The notes beneath the pieces were generated by a model. That model did not search any database, had not been told where the DNA came from, and saw only the letters and a list, made by a program, of their open reading frames with translations. From Octopus sinensis (Eukaryota): a DNA stretch of 64,000 nucleotides. A program made the translations under genes and the position numbers. How positions within the stretch are numbered: position 1 is the first letter of the stretch; the number at the start of each line of letters is the position of its first letter. Below, piece by piece: positions 11,840 through 25,353 of this stretch. The stretch spans positions 169,260,001 through 169,324,000 of the forward strand of contig NC_042997.1 in NCBI RefSeq assembly GCF_006345805.1, written 5' to 3'.

Positions 11840-12700
11840 CCTCATAAAAAGTAAAATTTGTTTGTTTGTACATTGACCACTGTAAACACTAAATAAAATT
11901 GATAATATTTCAGATTTTTCATGTCATTTGAATTACTTTGACATTTCTGCAGATAACTGTGTACTTATTCTCCAAAAACAGTTTGGGGGTGCCACGTTGG
12001 TGATGTATTCGCTTCTATTTCTAGCAATCCACATACAATTTCACCATAATGTTTATATCTCTTCTCTAGCCTTATAAAAAGCAAAGTTTGTTTGTTAGTT
12101 TGTTTGTTCGTTGATTGCTGAAAACACTAAATAAAATTGATAATATTTCAAGTTCTTTGTGTCATTTGAATTAATTTGACCATTTCGCAGATAGCTGTGT
12201 ACTTATTTTCCTATTTTATGAAAACAGATAGGGGACAGAGTTAGTGGTATATTGGCTCCTATTTCTAACAATCCATGTACAATCTCACCGTAATATCTAT
12301 ATCTATTCTCTAGCCTTATGAAAAGCAAAATTTGTTTGTTTGTTTGTTTGTACATTGACTGTTGAAAACATTAAATAAAATTGATAATATTTCAGGTATT
12401 TTGTGTCATTTAAATTAATTTGACTATTCCACAGATAACCGTGCACTTACCTTCCAAAAATGGAAAGGGAGGGCCAAGCTGGTGGTGTATTGGCTCTTAT
12501 TTCTAGCAATCCATGTACTATTTCCCTGTAATGTCTATATATCCTTATAAAAAGCAATTTGTTTGTTTGTACATTGCTGAAAACACTAAATATAAAAAGC
12601 AAAGTTTGTTTGTTTGTTTGTTTGTAGATTGACCACTGAAAACTCTACATAAAATTGATATGTCAGGTTTTCCATGTCATTTAAATTGATTTGACCATTA
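11840..12700 (+). repeat. About 3.5 diverged tandem copies of a 230-243 bp unit
   Basis: The motif TATAAAAAGCAAA..TTTGTTTGTTTG recurs near 11843, 12073, 12315, 12545 and 12591, each followed by aaataaaattgataatatttc. Confidence 0.85.
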
Positions 12701-13035
12701 TCAAAGCAAAAATCCTCACTGGATGTGGTAAGAGAGACATTGTATTTATACCTAGAATACCACTAATACCAACAGATGCTTCCTTTCATTTCAAACAATT
12801 GCAATTCCCAATGAGAGTCAGTTATGTATTGATCATCGACAAATCCCAAGGCCAAACACTGTAGGTCGTCAATCTCCATTTTGAATGGTCAATTGTATGT
12901 AGGTTGTTCCAGAGTAGGAAGCCCATAGAAACTCTTCATATATGATCCAAAGAAAAAAGTTAAAAGCATTTTATATACTGAAGATCTGTAAATGTTTTAT
13001 AATTTTCGTACAATACATTTCTCTATTATTATCTA

Positions 13036-13863
13036 CTAGCAGTATTGCCCGGCTCGTGCGTTCTATGCACACATGAATTAAGCTAAACTTGGATGAAGTT
13101 CAATCAAAATTCAATTATTTTGGTTTTAAAATCAAGCATTTAATATCCTCTATTTTTGCGCTTATGTGTTCCATTTCCTCAATAGGAAGTACGTAGAAGT
13201 GTTTCATAAATTTTTGTTGATCAAATAATTGCATTGTTGAATTATTCTTTTAGATCAGTATTTCTCAACAGGGATTTCAGGGGAGAGTTTCAGGGAGTTG
13301 CTGGCGATGTATCGTGATGATCAAAAATCCGGCCTGCTAAAATTTGGTTAAAGTGATTCAAACTGCAGACTCAACGCAAAATGGTCACATTTAATTCAAG
13401 GCGTTAAAAATGTTATGAAAACAATTGGTATGTGTTCACAAAGTCCAAACGATTAATACGAAAAAACCCTCCAGGCTACATCCCAAAAATTCATTTCTTT
13501 GCTGAATTTCTACAATGTTTATGGCGATTCATTTTTATATCTTGATTTTTGATTTTTCATGCAATTTACGCACGCTTGCACGCGTGGTGAACACAGTTCA
13601 CGTCAAACAGCTGACTGAGTAAAGTTCACTATTCAATGCATGGGATAAGGCCTAAACAAACACATTATCGATTTTTGCACTTGCGAGATGAATTTCTGAA
13701 CAGAAATAGCGCAGTTCAATTTTCATTCGCCTAAACTTTAAGTGACCCATTTTTGGTGGTTCTACGATTTGTTGGCTAGGAGGAGATGTGCCGGGAAGTT
13801 AAACACACAGACACACACACAGATACACACACAGACACACAAGTTGAGTTTTATATATATAGA
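13036..13863 (-). mobile_element. Non-autonomous Helitron nested in the outer Helitron
   Basis: Minus strand starts A|TCTATATATATAAAACTC and ends GCACGAGCCGGGCAATACTGCTAG|T. This fits the canonical TC...CTAG ends inserted between A and T. Confidence 0.85.
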
Positions 13864-14049
13864 TATTACTTTCTCTATTTATTCGAAATAAATTTGTAAA
13901 ATTATATTATGCAATATTCATACACTTAACAACTTTTATTGTAAGGAAAATGGCAATATGATAGATTCCAATATGTGCCCTAAAAATACATTTCAACACT
14001 ACTAACTGGGCTGAAGGCTGGGAGGCCCACTAGTATATATATATATTAC

Positions 14050-15410
14050 TGGGGAAGACCAGTTTATAGGATTACCCTGGGTTTCCCGTCCATAAAGGGT
14101 TTAACTTTATGGTATATTGTCAGACCCCAGAACCTGTTGGCCTAAAACCTCTTCAAAATATGGAAGGGGAAAAGCCTCATTACAAATGTAAACAAGAGGA
14201 TTATCTCTCTTTGCCATTGGTTATCAACTTCTGGCTGTGTTGCCATCTTGCAGATTCCAAAATACTAGCAGGAATCTCCCAAAATGCAAACATGGCTTGA
14301 AAATCTCCATTCTGAAGTTAAGGATGCTCTCTGGTTCAAGTGAGTTTTTTAAGATTCTCACTCATTCAGCTATGCATAACTTGCAGCACTTCATCTTGTT
14401 GATGTAAGGGCCTGGGTTTTCAAGGATTTTCCATGAGATCAAGTGTGGGAGTCCGTCATCTCTTAGTTGCCAGATGTGACTGGCCAGTGATGTTACATAT
14501 CTCCTTTCTGGGACCCTGAAGGAGGATTTATGGTTGGAAATGCATTGTTTGTGAGAATTCCCAGTACATTCAATGTATTTCTGTGGGCGTGCAATGTTGG
14601 TGCTGCACCTGTTACTGTTGCTGCTGTTGTTGTTGTTGCCACTGTTGTTGCTGTTGCTGTTGAGCGAAGCGGTCTTCATCCCAGAGCTTGCAAGATTGCG
14701 CCTCTGTAGTGGGAGAAGTCTGAAACGTGGTCCTTTGCTATTTGTAAGACCCACAGAAGAGAAAGCAGGTCAACCCCTGACACCGAGAGCATCAACTGAT
14801 GGATGAATGCGCATCCAGGCCCAGCGGTTGCATAGGAAGTCGGGGACAAGAAACGGGAAGAAAGAGTGAGTGAAAGTTGGGGGCGAAAGAGTACAACAGG
14901 GGTCACCACCACCCCCTGCCGGAGCCTCATGAAGCTTTAGGTATTTTCGCTCAATAAACACAAACAACGCTTGGTCTGGGAATCGAAACCACGATCCTCC
15001 GACCGCGAGTCCGCTGCCCTAACCATTGGGCCATTGCGCCTCCACTGCTGTTGCTGCTGTTGGTGCCACTGAAGGTGGTGGTGGCATCGGTAATGTTATT
15101 GCCCCTGACTCTGTTACCAGTGCTGTACCTGTTGTTATTGTTACTGTTATTATTGCTGCTGATGTTGTTGTTGCTGTTGTTGGAGCCAGGGCTGCTGGTA
15201 TTGGTGTTGGCAATGGTGGGGGTAATGGTAGCATTGGTAATGCTATTGTCACTGCTATTTATGGAGAAGGTGCTGTTGTTAATATTGTAGTTATAGTTTT
15301 TGTTATTACTATTATTAGCCTGCATTTCCTACCAGTAGTGATTAATTTTCTAACATGCTACAACCAGTGGCTTACATCCAGACATGCTGTTTCTTCACAT
15401 GGTTTCTAGT
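14050..15410 (-). mobile_element. Penelope-like element copy 2 (GIY-YIG half + 3' repeat)
   Basis: The ORF at 14362-14754 ends in KYIECTGNSHKQCISNHKSSFRVPERRYVTSLASHIWQLRDDGLPHLISWKILENPGPY..CCKLCIAE, homologous to copy 1. The 3' repeat with a hammerhead motif lies at 14058-14125. Confidence 0.85.
14680..15043 (-). mobile_element. SINE family B inserted in Penelope copy 2
   Basis: Head GGAGGCGCAATGGCCCAATGGTTAGGGCAGCGGACTCGCGGTC, with a tail different from the 10375 copy. Confidence 0.75.
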
Positions 15411-15735
15411 ACTGCAACTACAATGTACTCTACTCTTCAAAACTAGTAAGACACAGATGGTTTACATTTAATTATATCATGATTTGATATCTAAAATATT
15501 CAGCTAATCCTCTGCATAAACCTTGTCTTGTCTGGATATTTATGTAAATGGCTCAATTAATACCAAACACTCACCTCAAATAAAAATGTCTAGATGTAGG
15601 ATTATACAGATTATTTTAGATGACACTTTAAAAAATCAAAGCAGCTGTTGGTTTTTTATAAACAAAACAATCTTAGTATTCAGTTTTTCTATAAAACATG
15701 TATTAAAATAAATCTAGAAGATAAAAAAACAATAA

Positions 15736-16030
15736 ACGTCGCCCTTTTCAAGCCTAGCCAGGCTCATGGGCCTGGTTTCCTGGTTTCTGTGGCATATGTG
15801 TTCCCTCCAGCTGGATGGGACGCCAGTCCATCGCAGCATTACTCAAGAAACAGGAAGAGAGAGTGAGAGAAAGTTGTGGCAAAAGAGCACAACAGGGGTC
15901 GCCACCACCCCCTGCTAGAGCTTTTAGGTGTTTTCGTTCAATAAACACACACAACACCCAGTCCGGGAATCGAAATCGCGATCCTCCGACTGCGAGTCTG
16001 CTGCCCTAACCACTGGGCCATTGCACCTCC
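15736..16030 (-). mobile_element. SINE family B, full length
   Basis: Same head as above. Tail GATGGACTGGCGTCCCATCCAGCTG...GGCTAGGCTTGAAAAGGGC, as in the 41353 copy. Confidence 0.85.
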
Positions 16031-18333
16031 ACAAATCTAGAAGAGGTCCATCCATTTGTAATCTTTCAATGTTTTCAGAATTCATAATTTTCTGCAATGT
16101 AATGGAGAAAGCTAAATATGAAGTAAAATGTGGTTTAATGTATTTGATACCAAACTGCCCAAGATTGCTTTTGGTTCTATGATACAAACTTCCTGTTTTT
16201 AAGAAATCTAAATTAAAACCCTCCAAAATTTCACATTAATTTATGTTTCAAATAGAAGCTTAATAAGGACAAAATTATTTTACTAAATGAACAATTGAAT
16301 AGAATAAGGATAGCATATTTCACAAGAAATATGGTAATGAAAGGATTAATGTTACAATATTTTTCTCATTTTTAATAGTTTTTTCTCCAATCTCATCAAA
16401 GTCAATTTTGCTTTCCCTCCTTCTGGGTTGATAAAATAAGCAATATAACTGACTGTACACCAACCCAAAATATGGGGCTTATGTTAGAAATTAACATTTT
16501 CTCTTCTAATTATTAATTAGAAGAAGTAAAGAACTGGACAAAGCACGTTCAACATAAGTTTATTTTCAAGTCAACTGTATAATAAATAGTTTATATTTGC
16601 ATTTATACACACACACATACACACGAATATATGCATGCCTTTCATATATTAGTTTAACTGCATATTGTATGCATGTGTATGTAAATACATACCTTTTATA
16701 AATGTATATAAACATAATGCATATTTATGCAGAAGTATTTTTAAAAATACAATAAAACTCATTTTTAAAAAATCAATTTAATATTTTTGAAGGTTTTTCT
16801 TCTTTTTTTAATGTTTAAAAGATATGTCTCAGATAAAGTTTATAATTCACGAAAACCAGCTGTTAGTTGAAAGATAATCCAGAATAATTGATAGGTATTA
16901 ACTAGAGATCATTTATTAATAAATTGATTTAATTAAGAGAGAGATTTTCTGAGCATGTTAAATTTTTCTTGGTACTACTGAGAACAGTTAGGGCAGAGTG
17001 TCTATGAATGTTAATGAAGAGAAATAGTTGATAAAAAATTTTAAATAATTTTCTGTTTTTAAAAAAAAGGACAAAAATTGACAATTATCTTAGAAACACA
17101 GATAAAAGATTACTGGAAGCATATGCTATGATTTTAATTACAAAATCTTTATAAAATCTGAATATATGCAAATTGCTTTGAAATTAAACGGGTTTGAGTA
17201 ATAAATGAAAAAAATAGTGTGGCATCTTCTATTGTATTACAGAGAATCACAGCTGGATGAGTCAGCAAAGGTACAAGCTATTGGCCAATGTAGTCAACTG
17301 TTTGCACCTCATAACTGGAAATAAAACTGTCTTCTGCAAAGACACTTAACCCTTTTGACATCAATTCCCCCAATACTGTCTTTATTAAAGTGTTGAAATT
17401 AAATTCATTTTAGACAGAAATCTTAAACCTAAATGATAATGTTAAATTTCAGTAGATAAATTGTAAAGTGTATTGCAACATAAAGCTTCATATACTGACA
17501 AATAACTTAGTTTGTTTCTCTAAATCTCTCATAGTTATATTTTGAAAATAAAAATATATAGAGTAATGTATTCTTGTTAGAAATGTGATCATAAAAGAAA
17601 TTATTCATAATGGCTCAGGTCACTTGAATTGCAAATAGGTATCTTTGGGAGATACAGTTCAGAATGTAGTAGAAGTGTTGTGTCATTGTTTAATGTTGCT
17701 GAACCTAAGTACTCCCAAAGATCTGGAATAGGTGACCGGATGCCATCATAACATATCCTCCTTCAAATCACTACAAGATGGAGTATTCAATGATGTTTCA
17801 ACAACCCAATGGAGTATGGGAAATTTATTCAACACATTATCATAATAATGAAATGATGGGCACAACTATAATTATGGGGGTATCAAAATTATAATATTAG
17901 CAATACCTGTAATATTAGTAACACTAGCAATAATAGAGAAAAGAAGATTAAAATATTAATAATGGATAAAACATTATAAGGTAGAAAAAATTGGATTTAA
18001 TTTTTAAGGTTTATATTACTGAGGAAAAATTGTAATTTGATCCAAGTATTTTATAATATATTTTAAACAAAGAGTTAGACAAATTTGTTAGCATTATCTA
18101 AACATTGGTTTTATGGAATCCAGCTTTTACATTAATTTTGGCTGTTGCTTTGCATACAAAGTAGCAAGTTGTTAAAATAGTTTAAAAAGAAACAGTTTAA
18201 GAAGAAAAATATAAAGGACAAAAAATATCTCTGTTCTCTTTCAAAAAGTTATATTTAAAAGTAGAGCAATTTTAATGAAGATAAACCTGCTAGAATGAGT
18301 ACATATACACATATATCTATTGAGTTAAAAGGA

Positions 18334-18334
<1 letters not shown>

Positions 18335-18405
<71 letters not shown>

Positions 18406-18605
18406 TATAATAATAATAATGGTTTCAAATTTTGGCACAAGGCCAGCAATTTTGAGAATTGGGTAAATCAATTACAATGACCCCAGTTCTAAACTGGTAC
18501 TCATTTTATCACCCCTGAAAGGATGAAAGGCAAAGTTGGCCCTGGCGGAATTTGAACACAGACCGTAAAGACGGATGAAATGCCCCTAAGCATTTTTCCC
18601 AGTGT
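18335..18605 (-). repeat. (AAT)n microsatellite plus a SINE family C-like remnant
   Basis: (AAT)n at 18335-18420, then the reverse complement of a family C segment (ggatgaaaggcaaagttggcc...atttgaac). Confidence 0.6.
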
Positions 18606-19499
18606 GCAATAATAATAATAATAATTGATTTTCAATTTTGGGAACAAAGCCTATTTTAGCAGTGGAAAGGTGGAGAGGGAGGGGCAAAAGTCATTTGTAT
18701 TGACTCTTGTGTATTACTGGTACTTGTTTTATCAACCTTAGAAGGATGAAATGTGAAGTTGACCTGGTGGGATTTAATTTCAAAACAGCAAGGCATCACA
18801 CTTCAAGGATGCAGTCTGAGCCTAATTCACTGCTACAGAAATATAAATAATGAAAAATATTCATAAGATGAGAAAAATAACAGCCAAAAACAAAAACAAC
18901 AACAATAGTTCATAGAGATAATCTTGATGATAACAACAACAACAACAAAGACAATGGTCAAAATGGCAATAATGACAAAATGATAAGGATGAGTTCTAAT
19001 AACAGCAACAACAACAACAATAACTATAAAACATTTTATAATAACCCAAAATAAATAAATAATTAAATAAATTAACATTATTTATAATTGTCATTGGAAA
19101 AAAACTGGAAGAAGACATAACTGATGGAAACATCCCAGTTAATTACAAAAAAAAAAATTAATTATTGTTAAGAGAAAGAAGAATAAAATTGTAAAATTCT
19201 GGATGCTAATGAAAAAGCTGGGCTAAATTTATAATTTTAAGCTGTTATTTTGCTCTAGATGAGTCCTGATCAAACTAACCATTGATCATAGATCAAAAAT
19301 ATAGCAGCCATCTTTTTGCAATTAAAATGTATTTAGGATGTCGTTATCCAGTGTCTCTCGTTTTATCACAATGGTAGGATGTAATTTGAGGAAGGTTTCT
19401 AGAAAATAAAGAGACTGTGGCAAAGCTCCATTTTGTATATGCATTTAAATTTTTAGATATTTTAAGGATATTTTCACATTTTTATTCTCTGACTCAGTC

Positions 19500-19974
19500 T
19501 CTCTGTCACTGTTTCTATTTTTCTCTTCTTTCTCTCCCGTTCTCTCTTTCTCTCTCTCTCTTTCTCTCTCTCTTTCTTTCTTTCTTTTTCTCTCTCTGTC
19601 ACTTTTTCTGTCTTTCTATTTCACTCTCTCTTTCTCTCTCCTCTCTCTCCCTCTCACTGTCCCTCACAATTGAGATCTCATAATTACAATATTTTCATGA
19701 AATACTGGTCATGAAGTAAATGGAATATATCCAAAAATATACCGTTAAAAGATAGGATTTAAGCAGTAAAACAGATAATTAAATATTAAAAAAAAAAAAG
19801 AAAGAACAAAATTTACCAAGTTGTATAAGTTTTTTGGTGTTAGATTATTTGGCATTAAATTTTAGCTGTTTATTGAAAAACATATTATTCCAATCACCTA
19901 CATTGCAAATATCACAAAATTTATAAAAATGTATAAATATGTGCTTTCATGAATGTATATGTGTATGTAAGAAT

Positions 19975-20020
<46 letters not shown>

Positions 20021-20040
20021 TCTGTGTGCATGTGCGTGTA

Positions 20041-20074
<34 letters not shown>

Positions 20075-20740
20075 GTATATATGCATGCAAGAAAAGATGT
20101 GCATGAATGTATGTTGTATGACATATGACTTATTACTATTAAAAATATATATACCTGTGACTATAACCATACACATTCTCCTTATCCTTTCATCAAACTC
20201 TGTTCAGCAAATTAGGATTCTGTTTCTGATTGACAAGTATTAGCACCTATTGATGTTTAGATAGTAAATTCATTCAAATCCTTGACAGTATGTCTTTTCT
20301 ATTCCCCTTTTTGTTTTTTTTTTGGAATTTTTTTTAGGAGGGGAAGACAAAATGTATGTTTTATATTCACTCTTTATCTTGAATACTCATTATTCTCTAT
20401 ATTTCTGGTCCAGGAAAATTAGATAATTGACTATAATATTCATTTCAATATTAAGATATCAGTATAGTAGGTCATTGTGTGGAACGTACATAAGACGATA
20501 TATTTTGAATACAAGTAAAATATAAGACTGATATTAACTGCTTTGCCTAATATAATCCTTACACAACACCCAGGAGTTTTTAGGGATAGTACATAGCATT
20601 GCGGTTTGTGATTTTAGTCAGGAAAATTATAAATTTATCACTAGACGAAGATGGCACAGTTCTATGAGCCAATTTCACTCAAAAGAATTGGGTAAAACCA
20701 GTTTCATATATATACGTATGTATATCTATATCTATATTTG

Positions 20741-20805
<65 letters not shown>

Positions 20806-20810
20806 CGCTA
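19500..20810. repeat. Microsatellite cluster: (CT)n, (TG)n/(TA)n, (CTAT)n
   Basis: Read directly at 19500-19660, 19975-20075 and 20740-20800. Confidence 0.9.
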
Positions 20811-20825
20811 TATATATATATTATA

Positions 20826-21140
20826 GGTATGGCTGTATGCTTAAGAAGTTTACTTTGCAACTACATGCTTTCAGGATTAGTCCCACTGCATAGCACCTTG
20901 GGCAACTGTCTTCTACTGCAACCCAACATCAACTAATTCCTTGTGAGGGAATTTGGTAGATGCATGCACGTGTGTGTGCATCTATGTGAGTTTGCACCTG
21001 TCCCAACTGTTTGACAACTGCTATAGGTTTGTTCACATCTCCAGCAGTTTAACCAAAAAAGACCGATAGAATAAGTACCAGGCTTCAAAGAAATAAGTGC
21101 TGGAGTTGATTTGTTCAACTAAATCCTTCAAGACAGTAGT
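20826..21140 (+). mobile_element. Degenerate SINE family A
   Basis: Contains gtcccactgcatagcaccttgggcaactgtcttctact and gaccgatagaataagtacc. Confidence 0.7.
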
Positions 21141-22039
21141 CTAGCATGTGTGTGTCTGTGTGCATGTATGCAGTCTCTTTACACATGACATTTAAAAAGG
21201 AGACCTCCTTAAGAATGTTGTGTGTTATACTGAGTAGGTAATTTTCCTGCTTTCAAAACGTCCTGATCAAACAGTTTATGGTCATTTGTTCTTCCACCAA
21301 AGAAAGTACATATGCTGGTTGAATTTACTCTTAAAATCATTGGATGTAAGTCTTACACAAATGCATGACACACCATCAGGTACTGGACGAATTATCCTTT
21401 ATGTAAAACCGCATATGCTATAACAAAGTACTCTATCTCTTCACAGGAAAACTTAATTTGTAAACTCTGCCACCAATGGAACCCTCTATTTGTTTATTCA
21501 AGTCCTTATTAGTTAATATGAGTCAATAAATTTTACTGAAATTCACATTAATTAAAGTAAGGGAGACTACCATCTATGAATGAGTTGTCTCCCATCCAGG
21601 AGATACCATATAATACCTATAAATTATAAATTCCACCATGAGACTCAATAAGTATAATCCTTTGTTAACATACAAAGCAAAGTTTTAGTGATGCAAACAG
21701 GAAAAATAGAACTCAAAATGAGTATATTTATATAAGCACCAATGTTAGAAGTTTTGGTGTTTGAGTTATTCTGTGGCTTCTGCTAAATATATATATATAT
21801 ATAATTATATGAAGTGAAAATACATTACTGCTCTAACCTTTAAAATGTACTTCTTTTTTGGATATATGATCCACTGACGATCACTATGTGACAATTATTC
21901 GGTAGCCATGATAAAACTCTGAATTTTGGATGTCGGGGGTCATTTTCATAGCATGAAGAGATGGTGGCATGGATTTCCACCTTTACAGATATATATGCAC
22001 ACATATATATTGTAATCAACGTCCTATCCTCATTACCAT

Positions 22040-22400
22040 CACTATTTATATATTCATATTTCTATACTCGCATGGATTTGATGGATCTTTTCCAGTCCAA
22101 CATCTCACTGTTTGTTACTTTCCTTTGTCATCTTGTTTGTGTGGTTCAACAGTTTCAGATCAGCTTTACCACTTCTGCCCATATCTTCCTCGAACTTCTG
22201 CAATTTCATTCCATTTGACCATCCTGAACCTTCTTTACCTATCTGCTGTCATCCTTACACATTATATGTCTCTCTCCACACAATTATTTCCCTGCCACAC
22301 TAGCTCTGATTCTGCTTATATCCAGTTGATCTCTTAGCTTACCTGTCCCACATTGCACATGCACACAAATATTCCTCTCCAATGATTGATCATCTGCATT
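22040..22400 (-). mobile_element. RTE-like LINE 3' remnant
   Basis: Minus strand gives SRKIWAEVVKADLKLL, resembling the RTE C-terminal RPRKTW.EVV..DL motif. Heavily degraded. Confidence 0.5.
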
Positions 22401-22575
22401 CAGTGCTCATATCTCCCTACAATGGTGTATATGCATATATATATATATATACTTTATTTAAAGCAGCAGAAAATTCAACAAAATCTGTTACTTTGAGTTT
22501 CTCGTTGCCGTTCATCAGACAGTTTTTGCTAGAATGGAACCGATATATCAATTCGATATATCAATATATATATAC

Positions 22576-22612
<37 letters not shown>

Positions 22613-22769
22613 TATTACACACACACACATACACACATCAGGGAGTTGATTATTATGGCAAGTCAAAGAGTGATCATTGGTTTCATATAAAGAGCTTAGC
22701 TATATAGGTAACTTACCAGACTCAAATGGCCATAGGCACATAACCTCTCATAACCTCTCTACAACAATC

Positions 22770-23150
22770 AGCTTACCCACACACAATATCATGGAGAATC
22801 CTAGAAAATCCAGGTTCCTACATAAACAACACCAAGCATCGTAAACTGTCCATAGCGGAATAGGTGAGGATACTAAAGGATACCCTCAACCTGGGGAACA
22901 TACTTGACTCCAGAACAGAGGTCTTTGAACCATGCTTGCTTTCCAGGAAATTCCTGCTGACCCATTGGAACTCACAAAATAACTTACAATCAATAGCCAA
23001 ATGGAGACAATTCCCTGTTGTTGATATTGAGTAGTGAGGTCCCTTCCTCCTCCATGTTCTAGAGAGGCTGCTTACTAAAGATGCCATAATCCAACAGGTT
23101 TTGGGATCTAATGATACACCGTAATGCTGAACACCTTAATGACATGAAAT
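22770..23150 (+). mobile_element. Penelope 3' fragment (GIY-YIG C-terminus + degenerate 3' repeat)
   Basis: cacaatatcatggagaatcctagaaaatccagg is identical to 11101-11133. A degenerate hammerhead-like motif lies near 23100. Confidence 0.8.
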
Positions 23151-23154
23151 CCAT

Positions 23155-23155
23155 T

Positions 23156-23191
<36 letters not shown>

Positions 23192-23226
23192 TACATTCAT
23201 ATATAATTACACAATATACATAAGTA

Positions 23227-23278
<52 letters not shown>

Positions 23279-23400
23279 AATATATCTGTCTACCTATCTA
23301 TCTACCTTTCTATGTACCTATTTATATGTCTATGTATGTATGTATGTATGTATGTATGTATGTATGTATGTATGTATGTATGTATGTATCAATCTATCTA
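23155..23400. repeat. Compound microsatellite (TG)n-(CTAT)n-(TATG)n
   Basis: Read directly from the sequence. Confidence 0.9.
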
Positions 23401-25316
23401 TGTGTATACGTGTGATCAGGTAGTTGCATCGGTGTTTGTTGATTCTCTCAATAGTATAAATCTCATGACAGTAAAAGAATATCAACTGGCTGACATATCA
23501 TGCAATATCTCATTGAAACCAAAATCTGTAAGAACTATCGATTAATGCACTTCTGGATTGATGCCGTCCATACAATAGAAATGTACAGAGCTGGCATAAA
23601 GAGCATTAAAAGTGTTATTATTCTTTTCCACCATTTATTTGTGCAGACTGTGTTTCCTTTCAATAGCAAACATCAAAATAGAGAGGCAACATATATTATT
23701 TGTCAAAGCAGACCCACACATTGCTTTACCAAAATATTCCACCATGTCAAAAACGAAATATATAAATCACATCAAAGTGTACTATTATTTAAAAATTAGA
23801 GTGTGCCATGTTTTGAGAAAGGCTGAGAACTACAGTTATATACAAATGGGTACATCGAAAGAAATAATCTACATAACAGAAAGTAGCCTATGAAAAATAT
23901 AAGTAACTATCATTGTTTTTGACCTGTGTCCTTTTTATCCAATATTACTGCATATATGTGCACATATGTATGTGCAAAGGTGTGTGTGTGTGTTTATAAA
24001 TCCAGGTCTTTTTATTCATCATCATTTTAATATCTAGTTTACCTCGCTTGCATGACTCAAATGAGACAATGTTGAAGCAAAACTTTGTACATCAACATGC
24101 CCTGTTTGATACCAACCTTCATTTGTTTCCAAGCAAAGAATAATCTCCAAGTCTGTTGAACAATGAATAGTTTGGAGACGATCATTCAGAGAACTTGAAA
24201 CAAATGACACTGTTTTTGTATGAATGGTGAGCCTTTTGTTTAAGAAATACAAACTTACACACACTATGTTGTAGGCCAACCAAAACCTGGATGTGATAGA
24301 TGAGAAACTGAAAGAGGCCTGTCATATATATATATATGTATATATATATATAGTAGATAAATAAAAGTATAAAGTCCTCGGTACAGTATTCAGTACTATA
24401 TATTTGAAAAAAGGAATAACTTACGAACAACTAATTATTGAAGTGGAAAAATTATCAGAAAAGCCATTTCTATTCATTTTTTCAAATATGTATATATCCA
24501 AATTGAGGGAATGGAGCAGGAAAACAATGCAGGCTACATGTAGTTCCTAGCTAGCAGAATCTCAGAAGTAATAATAGTACCAATGAGGGGTACTCCACTA
24601 ACTACTTATCAGGCTGAAGATAACTTACTTAAAGGAGGTTACATTGTCATCAAGGGATCCCAAGTTAACTCACCAGAGATGTTATTTAAAGCTAGAAGAA
24701 TGGTGAAGCCGGAAGAATGGAGTGAATAAACAAAATAGAAAAACATCTGTATGAAAAAATCAAATAGTCAGTGGTAGAAAAGAAGAAGGAGGCCAAAGAA
24801 ATGGGAGTGGGCAGTTGTCTAAAGTCGTTAAGGATAAAGAAAATGAGATGGGGAAAGAAGGGGAAATTTAGGCTAGACTGAAGCTGATTGAGGGAAGGTT
24901 GTTGTGGATACTATCTCGGGGTCCTTTTACTTTGTCAACAGTAAGTAAATATATTGTTGCACCCATGTATATATTATACAGAATCAAAAGTAAAGAAAAG
25001 AATTTTTAGAAGTGAAATTGTCGGGAATGAAAAAAAGGAAGAGAAGAGGTCAAATATATAGAAGTGTAAGTAAGGTGGATTTGCTAGGAGAGAAGAAGAG
25101 AGGAGGTGTGTGTATATTTGTGTCTCCTGGTCTTGTTCAACGTTGTGTGATTGTTGTAATATTCCGCAAAAATATCTCTGGGCTATGTTTAAATATTACT
25201 TTGCTTGGAAACGGGTAAGGATTAACGACAGGAGAGGCATCCAACCATAGAATAAAATCTACCTCAATAAATTCTGTCTGAGCCATGCAAGCATAGAAAA
25301 GTGGACATTAAAATGG

Positions 25317-25353
<37 letters not shown>

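Larger units (their letters stand above)
11830..14033 (+). mobile_element. Degenerate Helitron: tandemly amplified 5' region, PIF1-like helicase remnant, 3' hairpin-CTAG end
   Basis: 12700-12990 translates to IPRIPLIPTD..FHFKQLQFPMRV...DKSQGQTL...GQLYVGCSRVG, the Helitron helicase C-terminus. The element ends in a GC-rich hairpin plus CTAG|T at 14030-14034. The 5' boundary is approximate. Confidence 0.8.

Noticed and set aside
11840-12700. Regularly spaced repeats suggestive of a CRISPR array
   Set aside because: The units are ~240 bp with homologous 'spacers', the context is eukaryotic, and the array is Helitron-associated.
17237-17264. Plus-strand 28-bp ag/GT-bounded micro-exon candidate
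   Set aside because: There are no partner exons or recognisable product, and such a match is expected by chance.
23540-23750. Minus-strand YFGKAMC...FAIER followed, with a frameshift, by a hydrophobic stretch, suggesting GPCR TM3-TM4
   Set aside because: The Cys-to-Arg spacing is 20 rather than the 25 expected for class A GPCRs, a frameshift is required, and there is an upstream stop.
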